A model generated the notes under the pieces. That model was given only the letters and a program-made list of their open reading frames with translations. It did not search any database and was not told the DNA's origin. A stretch of DNA of 64,000 bases from Blepharisma stoltei ATCC 30299 (Eukaryota > Protista > Ciliophora), in NCBI GenBank assembly GCA_965603825.1, contig CBFDEM010000046.1, positions 496,001 to 560,000 of the forward strand, read 5' to 3'. Made by a program: the position numbers and the translations under genes. This document shows positions 37,580-49,305 of this stretch, piece after piece; within the stretch, counting starts at the first letter, position 1, and each line of letters starts with the position of its first letter.

Positions 37580-38965
37580 ATGTCCAAAAAATCATCAACA
37601 ATGCAGGATCCCTCACCTCTAGCAAGACATTCATTAAGCCAAAAATCTACACCAACCAAGATAAGAAATTCACAGCTTTCATCTTCATTTTTAGTCAAAC
37701 CTCTTCCCAAGCCTGAAAACAAAAAGCTTCATCCCAATAAAATCAGGACTTTAATACAATCAAAAACTACAAAGCACCTCAAAATGAAAAGTGAAAAGGT
37801 CTCTCCTTCTCAATCTCCCAGCAAAAGCAAATACACATCAGAAGCATGTTTTCCGCTGAGTGCAAATATATCACCGAATGCTTCGTTTAGAAACCTTTCT
37901 TTGCATTTAAAACAAACAAGTTTTTGTGATATGGGATTATCTGAGTCAAGGACTATAGGGCTGAATGAAACTTCAAAAAAATCCAAAAACTCGTCGTTTC
38001 AATCTTTTTCAAATGGAATGCTAAGTGAAGACTCCCCAAGAATGCAGGAAGCTCATAAGCTGGAAATATATTTAAATGAACAATTATCATTAAATGTGGA
38101 TAAAAGCAATGAAAAAACGAGAATTAGCATTTACGGAGATGTATTCCAGCTTATTATAGACAGAGATAAGTACTTTGGTAGGCTTATGACTAGGATTAAA
38201 AGAGCATATGAGGATTTATTAAATAGCTCCTCAAGTAATGACATTTTTCGATTATCTAATGAAAATAAAACAATTAGGCAAACACTTTCAAAGGAAATTG
38301 AAGAAAAAAAAGAAATAGTTTTTAAATTAAAAAAAGAAGCGCGTAAAAATGAAAAACTATCTAAATATATAGAGGAACTAAAGATAGATATAAAAGACTA
38401 TCAAGAGAGAGCTGAAAACTCCAAAAGAATTTTTGAAAATCAATTAAATCCCGATCAACGGTCCTGGCAACTGCTCATTGAAGATAGAAATAAATACTGT
38501 GACGAGTTAAAAGCTGCTAAAAAAACAATTCATAGCTATAGATCCAGAGAAAAAAGTATGAAAAAGCTGCTATGTGCTATCAAAAAAAGAGGAGTCCCAG
38601 TTGAGGATATATATGAAACTGATGTCCAGTTAAAGAAAAGCTTAACTAAGCAAATAACGGAAGAAACTAATTTGGAGACAACTGTATCAAGGAAATCGAG
38701 AAATAACTCGCTTGGACCATCAATTCCGAAATTAAAATTAAATAAGCAAGATAGTCAAGGGTCATTGGAGTTAAATAGTGATGAAGACATCCCAACAAAT
38801 GAGCAGACTTTGTCAGATGGAAAATCATCTGGAAAATCTGACAAAGTGCCAAAAATACCGATTCCTCCAACTTCAGAGCAGGGGTTTCATCAAGAGTTTG
38901 TAAGTAGAGTCGATGAGTTTTCGGAGTCGTGGAGAATAGCTTTGCAAAAAGAAAAAAAGTTTTAA
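37580..38965 (+). CDS. Coiled-coil protein with TSNAXIP1_N-like segment
   Basis: RISIYGDVFQLII....FG.LM.RIK.AYE followed by a coiled coil. C-terminal FHQEF....EFSESWR. Confidence 0.65.
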   Translation: MSKKSSTMQDPSPLARHSLSQKSTPTKIRNSQLSSSFLVKPLPKPENKKLHPNKIRTLIQSKTTKHLKMKSEKVSPSQSPSKSKYTSEACFPLSANISPNASFRNLSLHLKQTSFCDMGLSESRTIGLNETSKKSKNSSFQSFSNGMLSEDSPRMQEAHKLEIYLNEQLSLNVDKSNEKTRISIYGDVFQLIIDRDKYFGRLMTRIKRAYEDLLNSSSSNDIFRLSNENKTIRQTLSKEIEEKKEIVFKLKKEARKNEKLSKYIEELKIDIKDYQERAENSKRIFENQLNPDQRSWQLLIEDRNKYCDELKAAKKTIHSYRSREKSMKKLLCAIKKRGVPVEDIYETDVQLKKSLTKQITEETNLETTVSRKSRNNSLGPSIPKLKLNKQDSQGSLELNSDEDIPTNEQTLSDGKSSGKSDKVPKIPIPPTSEQGFHQEFVSRVDEFSESWRIALQKEKKF

Positions 38966-39019
38966 TTTTGTTTTTTGATAATAATTTCGTAATATCTATT
39001 TAAATATAATTTCCATGCT

Positions 39020-39812
39020 TAACAACAGAATCTTTAGCTCTTGAAACTTGATCGAATTAGTCGCTACAGTTGAGAATCCTGGAAGTAGAAAGCATGGATA
39101 ACGTACAGTAGCATCTTTTAGGACCGTCACTGTGCATCAGATATATGAAATTGTTATAGGCTATGATGGCTATGATGCAATAATTCACTCAGATAGACAG
39201 GAGTTCAATAAAGAGGGCTCACGAGCTGAATAAATGGTAACTGATGCTCTTATTAAGGCAGCCAAAAACCGGCTGAAGAAAATCCAATTACTATTATGCA
39301 CTTCAGCATTTTAGTAAGCAGCTATATATACCACAGAAGTTTTCGATGAGGATCATAATGACACTTCTCCATGCTGATAAATTTTAGCAGATCGGGAAAT
39401 AATTAATAGGAAAAAAATTATCAATGCGAGCACTGCAAATCTTCATGGAGTTATTAAAAAATAAGACGCTCTTAATGGAATAGCTCAGAAGATCAATCAA
39501 AATAAAAATAAGATTTTGGTTGCCAATTAAGGCAATTCTTATAATTCTTTTATACATCACCAAGATTTATCTGAAATGTATAGAATAGTTTTTGATAAAA
39601 AACCGAATAGGCTATTTTTTGGATGGAGCTTTTGAGGATATGATTGAGAAATAAATTGCTGCTGAAGATAATCCTTGAGAGCATATTTCTGGGCAATATG
39701 GATATTATTTCTCGCCCATCCATATAATTTGCAATTTACCCTAAAAGATTTATTGAGCTATATGACTTTTTCCACACCCATAAATTTTTGGATTGGACAA
39801 GCTTTCTTTTAA
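39020..39812 (+). pseudogene. Decayed NAD-dependent epimerase/SDR copy
   Basis: Fragments match neighbouring copies (ggctatgatgcaataattca, gatcataatgacacttctc, gcgagcactgcaaatcttcatggag, cctaaaagatttattgagcta) but carry stops and indels. Boundaries approximate. Confidence 0.8.
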
Positions 39813-40093
39813 TTTAAGAAATTTCTATTTCATTTACTGATATCTCTTTTAGTTACTGATTTCTACATAAACTGCATTTGATAAATAAAATAAGTCGACT
39901 TTTAACTATTTTGCGAGTTTAATTTAATTTTAGCTAATTATATTTTAGCTATTTTATTATTGCAAAGGAAGATCAAATGTATGCAGCGTATTAATTTAAA
40001 ATATAAAATTAATTAGCTGCTAAAATAAAATTATAAATGACGTTTGATGCTATTTTTTAACATTTTTGATATGTGTCGAATTAATTATTAAAA

Positions 40094-40984
40094 ATGAAAA
40101 TCTTTTTAACTGGAGCTACTGGGTCTATTGGAAGTTCAGTTTTGAATAATTTACTCTCTCATGGCCATGAGATAACTTGCACAGTTAGAAGTGAAGAGAA
40201 AGGGCAAGCAATAGCTAGCAAAAGTGACAAAGCTCACTACGTTCTCTTTGATATCGATGCAGATAATGCTCATCAGCTTGGAGAAGTTGCTGCAGGTTAT
40301 GATGCAATCATACATTGTTTACGTCAGAAGTCTTCTGAAGCTGAAGATATAACAATTGATGCCTTAATACTTGCAGCCAGAAAAACAGCTGAAACTAAGC
40401 CGATTACTCTTGTTTTTACTTCAGATTTCGGATTAAATGGCAATACCACTGAAATGATTGATGAAGACCATGATGATACTTCTCATAGTTTTCCATTTTC
40501 AGTTGAAAGACGTTTAAGAGAGCGAAAAATAATAAACGCAAGCACTGAAAATCTCCATGGAGTTGCTATTAGGGTCTGCTGGACCTATGGGAAGAGTTCT
40601 GTAGATAAATGGATTAGAGCTTGCAAATCAGAAAATAAGATTTTGGCTATAGGCCAAAGCAATCCTTATATACCTTTTATCCACATTGAGGATTTAGCTA
40701 ATATGTATAGAGTTCTTATAGAGGAAAGAGCTTATGGATTGTTTTTTGCTGTAGAGCCAGAGTCCCTAACTTTAGGGGATATGATTGCAAAAGTGGCAGC
40801 AGCTGGAAATATTCAAGAAGTGGAAAGAGTAGACAGTCTAGAGAAGCATATTTCAGGACCATATGGATTCTTTTTATTTGGTCACACAATAAACCAACAT
40901 TTTTATCCAAAGAGATTTATTGAGCTTTATGACTTTCACTTTGCTCATAAAATTTCTGACTGGATAAGCTCATTTATTTTCTAA
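40094..40984 (+). CDS. NAD-dependent epimerase/dehydratase (atypical/extended SDR), copy A
   Basis: MKIFLTGATGSIGS Rossmann motif, R..W.YG, FIH.EDLA. Confidence 0.9.
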   Translation: MKIFLTGATGSIGSSVLNNLLSHGHEITCTVRSEEKGQAIASKSDKAHYVLFDIDADNAHQLGEVAAGYDAIIHCLRQKSSEAEDITIDALILAARKTAETKPITLVFTSDFGLNGNTTEMIDEDHDDTSHSFPFSVERRLRERKIINASTENLHGVAIRVCWTYGKSSVDKWIRACKSENKILAIGQSNPYIPFIHIEDLANMYRVLIEERAYGLFFAVEPESLTLGDMIAKVAAAGNIQEVERVDSLEKHISGPYGFFLFGHTINQHFYPKRFIELYDFHFAHKISDWISSFIF

Positions 40985-41333
40985 TAATTCATATTATTAA
41001 TGGATTTGATTTCAGTTTTTTCATTTTTTCTCTTGCTCCAATTTGTGTTTTAATGAGCATTTGTCTTTAAAATTAGTAAATTAGTTCTTATTCCCATTCT
41101 AATAATTTATATATGTTATAATAAAGATGTACCGAAGCAGGCGAGGCTTTTTAGTATCAGTTCTTGATCTTGAACTCATATAAATTATTAAATCTACTTT
41201 TTCTTATGAAAGGCTGTATCAAACTCTAGATGGCCTGCAATTTAAAAACCGAAATATAATTAGGTTGCTAAAATAAAATTATCACCTTGCTTATTTTCAA
41301 TGTTTCTGACACTTGTTGAATTATTATATAAAA

Positions 41334-42224
41334 ATGAGAGTCTTTTTAACTGGAGCCACTGGGTGTGTAGGAAGCTCAGTTTTGAATAATTTACTCTCTC
41401 ACGGTCATGAGATAACTTGCACAGTTAGAAGTGAAGAAAAAGGGCAAGCAATAGCTAGTAAAAGTGACAGAGCTCACTATGTTCTCTTTGATATCGATGT
41501 AAACAATGCTCATCAGCTTGGAGAAGTTGCTGCGGGTTATGATGCAATCATACATTGTGTGTACCAGAGGTCTTCTGAGGCCGAGGATATAACAATTGAT
41601 GCGTTGATACGGGCAGCCAAAAAAACAGCTGAAACTAAGCCGATTACTCTTGTTTATACTTCAGATTTCGGGCTAAATGGTAATACCACTGGAATTATTG
41701 ATGAAGACCACGATGATACTTCTCATAGCTTTCCATTTTCAGTCGCAAGAGCTCTAAGAGAAAGAAAAGTTATAAACGCGAGCACTGAAAACCTCCATGG
41801 AGTTGCTCTTAGAGTTAGCTGGGTCTACGGGAATAGCTCGGTAGATAAGTGGATTAGAGCTTGCAAATCAGAAAATAAAATTTTGGTTGCCAGTCAAAGC
41901 AATCCTCAAATGCCTTTTATTCATCATGAAGATTTAGCTAATATGTATAGAATTCTTATAGAAAAAAGGGCTTATGGATTGTTTTTTGCTGTAGAGCCAG
42001 AATCCCTTACACTGCACGATATGATTGCTAAAGTATCAGCTGTTGGAAATATTCAAGAAGTAGAAAAAGTAGATAACCTAAGGGCGCATATTTCAGGACC
42101 ATATGGGTTCTTTTTATTAGGTCACACAATAGACCAACAGTTTTATCCAAAGAGATTTATTGAGCTTTACGACTTTCACTTTGCTCATAAAATTTCTGAC
42201 TGGATAAGCTCTTTTAATTTCTAA
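41334..42224 (+). CDS. NAD-dependent epimerase/SDR, copy B
   Basis: MRVFLTGATGCVGS; paralog of A and C. True ATG at 41334. Confidence 0.9.
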   Translation: MRVFLTGATGCVGSSVLNNLLSHGHEITCTVRSEEKGQAIASKSDRAHYVLFDIDVNNAHQLGEVAAGYDAIIHCVYQRSSEAEDITIDALIRAAKKTAETKPITLVYTSDFGLNGNTTGIIDEDHDDTSHSFPFSVARALRERKVINASTENLHGVALRVSWVYGNSSVDKWIRACKSENKILVASQSNPQMPFIHHEDLANMYRILIEKRAYGLFFAVEPESLTLHDMIAKVSAVGNIQEVEKVDNLRAHISGPYGFFLLGHTIDQQFYPKRFIELYDFHFAHKISDWISSFNF

Positions 42225-42613
42225 TTATTCATAATTATTAAAAAGTTTGCTTTAAAGCTTTTATCAGCTTTATATTACTCATCTCTTAGGAAAATTAATC
42301 TCCATTACAAATAAAAAAGTTTCATTTAGATACAAAATAATAATAAAGTATATTTATTTAGTTACTTATGTAATAATAATTTATATATATTATAATAAAG
42401 ATGCACCGAAGCAGGCGAGGCTCTTTAGTATCAGTTCTTGATCTTGAACTCATATAAATTATTAAATCTACTTTTTCTTATGAAAGGCTGGATCAAACTC
42501 TAGATGACCTGCAATTTAAAAACCGAAAATTAATTAGGTTGCTAAAATAAAATTATCACGATGTTTGCTTATTTTCAATGTTTCTGACATTAGTTTAATT
42601 ATTATATAAAAAA

Positions 42614-43504
42614 ATGAGAGTCTTTTTAACTGGAGCTACTGGGTCTATAGGAAGCTCAGTTTTGAATAATTTACTCTCTCACGGTCATGAGATAACTTGC
42701 ACAGTTAGAAGTGAAGAAAAAGGGCAAGCAATAGCTAGCAAAAGTGACAAAGCTCATTATGTTCTCTTTGATATCGATGTAAACAATGCTCATCAGCTTG
42801 GAGAAGTTGCTGCGGGTCATGATGCGATTATACATTGTGTGCACCAGAGGTCTTCTGAGGCTGAGGATATAACAATTGATGCGTTGATACGGGCAGCCAG
42901 AAAAACAGCTGAAACTAAGCCGATCACTCTTGTTTATACTTCGGATTTTGGATTAAATGGTAACACCACTGGAATTATTGATGAAGATCATGATGATACT
43001 TCTCATAGCTTTCCATTTTCAGTCGCAAGAGGTCTAAGAGAAAGAAAAGTCATAAATGCAAGCACTGAAAACCTCCATGGAGTTGCTCTTAGAGTTAGCT
43101 GGGTCTATGGGAAGAGCTCTGTAGATAAGTGGATCAGAGCTTGCAAGTCAGAAAATAAAATTTTGATTGCCGGTCAAAGCAATCCTCAAATGCCTTTTAT
43201 TCATCATGAAGATTTAGCTAATATGTATAGAATTCTTATAGAAAAAAGGGCTTATGGATTGTTTTTTGCTGTAGAGCCAGAGTCCCTTACACTGCAGGAT
43301 ATGATTGCAAAAGTAGCAGCTGTTGGAAATATTCAAGAAGTAGAAAGAATAGATAACCTAAGGGCGCATATTTCAGGACCATATGGGTTCTTTTTATTTG
43401 GTCACACAATAGACCAACAGTTTTATCCAAAAAGATTTATTGAACTTTACGACTTTCACTTTGCTCATAAAATTTCTGACTGGATAAGCTCGTTTAATTT
43501 CTAA
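42614..43504 (+). CDS. NAD-dependent epimerase/SDR, copy C
   Basis: Near-identical to copy B, including the flanks. Confidence 0.9.
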   Translation: MRVFLTGATGSIGSSVLNNLLSHGHEITCTVRSEEKGQAIASKSDKAHYVLFDIDVNNAHQLGEVAAGHDAIIHCVHQRSSEAEDITIDALIRAARKTAETKPITLVYTSDFGLNGNTTGIIDEDHDDTSHSFPFSVARGLRERKVINASTENLHGVALRVSWVYGKSSVDKWIRACKSENKILIAGQSNPQMPFIHHEDLANMYRILIEKRAYGLFFAVEPESLTLQDMIAKVAAVGNIQEVERIDNLRAHISGPYGFFLFGHTIDQQFYPKRFIELYDFHFAHKISDWISSFNF

Positions 43505-44808
43505 TTATTCATAATTATTAAAAAACTTGCTTTAAAGCTTTTATCAGCTTTATATTATCATCTCTTACTTAGAACCATATTATAAGTAATTTTCTTAAAA
43601 TTATATAAAAAATTCTTCCTTTATCTCTGGAAAATTTTCAAATTCCGATGCAAATTTCCTCTTTAATTTTTATATGTAAATAGCTTTGATATGCAATCTT
43701 ATTTCACCAAGATTGATATATTAACCTATAATTTTTATATTTTAAATGAAATGCATAAAGTTAACGCTTTAAATTAATAAATTTAATAAATTAATTTTTA
43801 GAACTGGTTGATTCCAGAGAGAAGTCTCTCAAGGCAATAGTGGCTTCCATTGAGAAAGTATCTAACCTATCAAAGTTCCATTGTTAAAGCTTTTGATCCA
43901 AGCTACATATAACAGCAATCTGGAACCCAGAAGGACTAGTGAAGTAGAAATACAAAACTTTCCCAAATTAATCTATTTAATCTATTAAAAGTAAAGTAAT
44001 TCAAAATATTTTAGTTTCGAATTGATAATTGATAATCTAACTTGAACAATTTTTATGTCAGACTCTAATTATCTTAATATATTTTTTTATTTCTTAACTT
44101 ATCCCTCATCTTTACTGTTACAAACTTCATAGACTTATGACAAACAAAGGATTTTTGAAAGATAAGCTAAATTTGATGATTTGCTTCTTAATCTTTCTTT
44201 GCTGCTTGTAAACTGATTTCTTTATTTGAAATTGCGGGCTTTCCTAGTTTATCTAATAAATTGCCTGCATTTATTTAAAATTAGGCGAAATTCCTCTTGG
44301 TAAGAGAGTAAAATCATTAAGCAATATTAGTGCCAAATTAAATTTTTAAATTGCGCTTAGTTATCTTATTTCCTAATTTTTGAATTTAATGCTGCTGCAT
44401 TTATTTTATCAATAAACCCTAAAAATTCTTTTAGTTTTTTTCTGGGAAATGATTTTTTCTTTTCAAAACATTTTATAATAAAACTCATATCGCGATCTTT
44501 CTTAAGTTCTTTCGGGAGATTAATCTCTACTTTTTCATCATCCTTGAATTTTGGAGAAAAAATATGGTGCAGCTATTAATTCCACGTTATGTTTTGCAAA
44601 GAAAAAGAAAAAAATTACGACTCCATAATCTATCAAATATAGAATATGACTTTAATTTTCGCTTATTTTACCAATAAAAAATTTTATGTCGATCTAAAAG
44701 CTGCTTTATATTTCTTTATTGATTATATCAAAAGAAGTCGCTTAGCCAAGTTTAGACATTTTAACATTCAAATTTTTAGCACCATTATCCAACGATTATA
44801 ATAATAAA

Positions 44809-45712
44809 ATGAGAGTTTTTTTAACCGGAGCAACTGGGTCAATTGGAAGTTCAGTTCTTGAAAGTTTACTTTCTCATGGCCATGACGTCACTTGCACTGT
44901 AAGAAACGAAGAAAAGGGGCAAGTAATAGCAAGTAAAGGCGATAGAGCACATTATATTATATTTGATATTAATGGTAATACTGCTCATCAACTCGCCGAA
45001 CTTGCAGTAGGCTATGATGCAATTATTGACTGTATTCAGCAACCGTTCACGAAAGAGGGCGCTATAGCAGAAGACATTACCGTTGACGCTTTGATACAAG
45101 CAGCTAAAAAGACATCAGAAACTAAGCCTGTCACCTTTGTATACACTGCAGGAATTGGAGTTATAGGAAATACAACGAGTGTCATAAATGAAGACCATGA
45201 TGATACTTCCAATAGTTGGGAATTTTCAAAGCCAAGAATCTTAAGAGAAAAAAAAGTTATTAATGCGAGCACGGAAAATCTTCATGGTGTTTCCCTTAGA
45301 GTAAGCTGGGTTTATGGGAAAAGCTCTGTAGACCACTGGATTCGAGCTTGTAAATCCCAAAATAAGATTGTTGTTGCTAGTCAAAAATAACCCTTGTATT
45401 CCTTTCATCCACCATGAAGATTTAGCTAATATGTATCGAATTCTTATAGAGCAAAGAGCTTATGGGATGTTTTTTGCTGTGGAGCCAGAATCTGCGTCTC
45501 TTCAAATTTTGATTGAAAGAGTAGCAGCAGTTGGAAACATTCATGAGATAGAAAGAGTTAACAATGCATATGCTCACATTTCAGGACCATATGGGATTTT
45601 TTTACTCAGCGGTATGTTGAATCAGCAAGTGTACCCTAAAAGATTTATTGAGCTTTATGGTTTCCGCCATGCTCATAATATCCTTGACTGGGTAAGCTCA
45701 TTTACTTTTTAA
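44809..45712 (+). pseudogene. NAD-dependent epimerase/SDR, copy D, with +1 frameshift
   Basis: 904 bp versus 903 bp for sister copy E. An extra A in caaaaataa (45382-45390) gives CAA AAA TAA. Confidence 0.75.
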
Positions 45713-47011
45713 TCATTAATGATAATAAGTTATTGATTAATATTTGTTTAATTTTGATGTTTTTTATCTGAGCTTATGACTTATAAATATTTTAGGATTA
45801 AAAAAATTTTTAAAATTAATAATTAATCTGTAATTGAAGTAATCTATATTTATTATCTAAATGCAACAATTATAGCATATAATACAATTTTCTACACTTA
45901 TATTATATCTGGCTCCTTCACACTAGCAAAGTTAACATTTTGAGTCCTTTCGTGATCAATAATAAAGATGACTTTTAATCAATAAATTCGGTGCAGGAAT
46001 AACTTATTTTTGTCAAGGTTATGCATATAGGATAGGAGGAAAAGCAAGACAGTGGAAGGACATATGGAAGTGGATTAAATGCTTATAAAACCAAATAAAA
46101 GTTACGAGCAATCCGTTCTCTCTGTCGTGGTGTCCTTATGAATATTTAGGCATCGCGTTTTGGATCAAGGTATTGATTGCATATGATCAGTAGCTTCAAA
46201 TAAGAGACTTGAGACTTTTTTTAGATGAGGCTGGGTCTTAACTCTTCTATGATAATTGAATCAGTACCCATCCAGTTGCGTTCGATATGGAGTAGATAAG
46301 CATACTTGCTCAAGCTGAATTAATTCAAAAAATTTAGATTTAAGTTGATAATATATAATCTAACTAGAAAAATTTTATGTGCTACTGTAATTAGCTTCAT
46401 ATTTATTTTATTTCTTAACTCATCACTTAGCTTTACCGTTGCAAATTTCGTAGGCTTATGATAAACGAAGGATTTCAAAAATCTAAGTAAAATTTGTTGA
46501 TTTACTTCTTAATCTTTCTTTGAGATTTATAAACTTTTTTTCTTTATTTGAAAAATGATGGTTTCCCTAGTTTTTCTAATAAATTACCTGTATTTATTTA
46601 TCCCAAAGAAATTTTTTCCTGATTTTCTGGAAAATGATTTTTCTTTCCAATGCCTTTTTCTTATTAAACTCTTATAGCAATATCTCTTAAATTCATTCAG
46701 AAGATTAATCTCTTCTTTTCAATCATTCCTTAACTTTTGGAGAAGAAATATGATGCTGTGAATATAATTCCTATTCCTTTTAAAACTTTAGATTGCTTTA
46801 GTTTTGCAAAGAAAAAGAAAATTTACAGCTATTTCTGACTCGTATTCCATAATCTATCAAATATTGAATTTGCCTTCAATTTTCTCTTATTTTACCGATA
46901 AAAAATTTTTAAAGTTCCCGTCGATATAAAAGCCTGCTTTATATTTAGCCAAGTTTAGACATTTTAACATTCAAATTTTTAGCACCATTATCCAACGATT
47001 ATAATAATAAA

Positions 47012-47914
47012 ATGAGAGTCTTTTTAACAGGAGCTACTGGATCAGTTGGAAGTTCAGTTCTTGAAAATTTACTTTCTCATGGCCATGACGTCACTTGCAC
47101 TGTAAGAAATGAAGAAAAGGGACAAGTAATAGCAAGTAAAGGCGATAGAGCACATTACATTATATTGGACATTAATGATAAGACTGCTCACCAACTCGCC
47201 GAACTTGCAGTAGGCTATGATGCAATTATTGAATGCGCTCAATTACCATTCACAAATGAGGGTGTTATAGCACAAGAAATTTCCGTTGACGCTCTGATAC
47301 AGGCAGCTAAAAAAACAGCAGAAACTAAGCATGTCAGTCTTGTATATACTTCAGGGATTGGAGTTATAGGAAATACAACTGGTGTTATTGATGAAGACCA
47401 TGATGATACTTCCCATAGCTGGGAATTTTCAACGCCAAGAATCTTAAGAGAAAAAAAAGTTATTAATGCGAGCACGGAAAATCTTCATGGAGTTTCCCTT
47501 AGAGTAAGCTGGGTTTATGGGAATAGCACTGTAGACCACTGGATTCGAGCTTGCAAATCCCAAAATAAGATTGTTGTTGCTAATCAAAATGACACTTATA
47601 TTCCTTTCATCCACCACGAAGATTTAGCTAGTATGTTTCGAATTCTTATAGAGCAAAGAGCTTATGGGATGTTTTTTGCTGTGGAGCCAGAATCTGCGTC
47701 TCTTCAAAGTTTGATTGAAAGAGTAGCAGCAGTTGGAAACATTCATGAAATAGAAAGAGTTGACAATGCATGGGCTCATATTTCGGGACCATACGGATTT
47801 TTTTTACTAGGCCATACGTTGAATGAGCAAGTGTATCCTAGAAGACTTATTGAGCTTTATGGTTTCCGCCACGCTCATAAAATCCTTGACTGGGTAAGCT
47901 CATTTACTTTTTAA
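47012..47914 (+). CDS. NAD-dependent epimerase/SDR, copy E
   Basis: Intact 300-aa ORF with TGATGSVGS. Confidence 0.9.
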   Translation: MRVFLTGATGSVGSSVLENLLSHGHDVTCTVRNEEKGQVIASKGDRAHYIILDINDKTAHQLAELAVGYDAIIECAQLPFTNEGVIAQEISVDALIQAAKKTAETKHVSLVYTSGIGVIGNTTGVIDEDHDDTSHSWEFSTPRILREKKVINASTENLHGVSLRVSWVYGNSTVDHWIRACKSQNKIVVANQNDTYIPFIHHEDLASMFRILIEQRAYGMFFAVEPESASLQSLIERVAAVGNIHEIERVDNAWAHISGPYGFFLLGHTLNEQVYPRRLIELYGFRHAHKILDWVSSFTF

Positions 47915-48218
47915 TCATTAATGATAATAAGTTATTGATTAATATTTGTACCTTTTTAATTTTGAAGTTTTTTATTCTGTTCACTTTATAATGCTTAAGA
48001 GTAATCAATCTGTAATAGAAGGATATATATTTTTTATTTAATACAAAATTATAGCTTATAATTATATTGCTTCACCTTTTGACGATATCTATATAAAAAT
48101 CTAAAAAGATTTTCAGAAATATCAAATTTATTCTTAAATTTCTAGCTATGTTTGCTCTTTAAATCCATTTTTGTGCATACATCTGTTGTTAAATTGTTTT
48201 TCAAAAATTATAAAATAA

Positions 48219-49115
48219 ATGAGAGTATTTTTAACAGGAGCAACTGGATCAATAGGAAGCTCAGTGCTACAAACTCTCCTTTCCCATGGCCACGAAGTCA
48301 CTTGCACAGTCAGAAGTGAAGAGAAGAGACAAATTATAGCAAGCAAAGGAGAAAGAGCGCGTTCTATCTTTTTTGATATTAATTCCAATACTGCTCACCA
48401 GCTTGCTGAAGTTGCTGTTGGCTATGATGCTCTCATACACTGTGCTTGACTACCTTTTACTGAGGAAGGAGCTATGGCAGAAAATATGACAATAGATGCT
48501 ATGATACAGGCAGCAAGAAAAACAGCTGAAACGAAACCTGTCTCTATTGTTTATACTTCAGGAATAAGTATAAGTTCCAATACTAATGGAATTATTGATG
48601 AAGACCATGATGATCCTACTCACTGCTGGGAGCTATCTGTTCCAAGAGAGAAAAAAATTATCGATGCCAGTTCAGAGAATATTTATGCAGCTGTTATAAG
48701 AGTTAGTTGGGTTTATGGGAATAGCACTGTAGATCAATGGATTAGGGCTTGCAAAGCCAATAATAAGGTTGTTGTGGGCGGGAGTCAAGATAACTATCAT
48801 ATTTCTCTTATTCATCATGAAGATTTAGCTAATATGTATAGAACTCTTGTAGAGAAAAGGGGTTATGGGCTGTTTTTTGCAGCTGAGCCAGAAGCTGCAA
48901 CTCTTTCAAGCTTGATTGGAAGAATGAGAGAAGTTGGAGGCATTCAAGAAGTAGAAAGGGTTAATAATCCATGGGAGCATTGCTCAGGGCCTTATGGGTA
49001 CTTCTTATTATGCCATGCGCTTGATCAGCAATTCTACCCTAAAAGATTTATTGAGCTTTATGATTTTCATCATACTCATAGGTTTCTGGACTGGATAAAT
49101 ACTTTTACTTTTTAG
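48219..49115 (+). CDS. NAD-dependent epimerase/SDR, copy F
   Basis: Two track ORFs in frame across TGA 48447-48449. Confidence 0.88.
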
Positions 49116-49305
49116 TATTTATAAAAATTAGGTATTAATTTTTGATTTTATTGTAATATTCCAAATTTTTATTTGAAATATAGCATTTTTATCTTTTTGC
49201 TTATAATTATTAAATTTATCTATTCATAGACAGACAAGGACCATCCTTAAAGATAGATTTATTTTATAGGATTTATTAGCTTTATGATTTTAGATGGATT
49301 ATTAC

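Larger units (their letters stand above)
41101..43560 (+). repeat. Tandem duplication, ~1.28-kb unit (upstream region, epimerase, 3' flank)
   Basis: 41101-41333 matches ~42374-42613 (accgaagcaggcgaggc...tagtatcagttcttgatcttgaactc). The 3' flanks also match. Confidence 0.85.
44030..47950 (+). repeat. Tandem duplication, ~2.2-kb spacing (copies D and E with upstream DNA)
   Basis: ~44030-44808 is similar to ~46350-47011. The ~65 nt before each ATG and the ~35 nt after each stop are essentially identical. Confidence 0.8.

Noticed and set aside
45900-46320. Less AT-rich patch between epimerase copies (similar patches at ~15000-15300 and ~43800-43950)
   Set aside because: The frames I tried were interrupted or unrecognisable. 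Possibly decayed gene fragments, but I cannot support a call.
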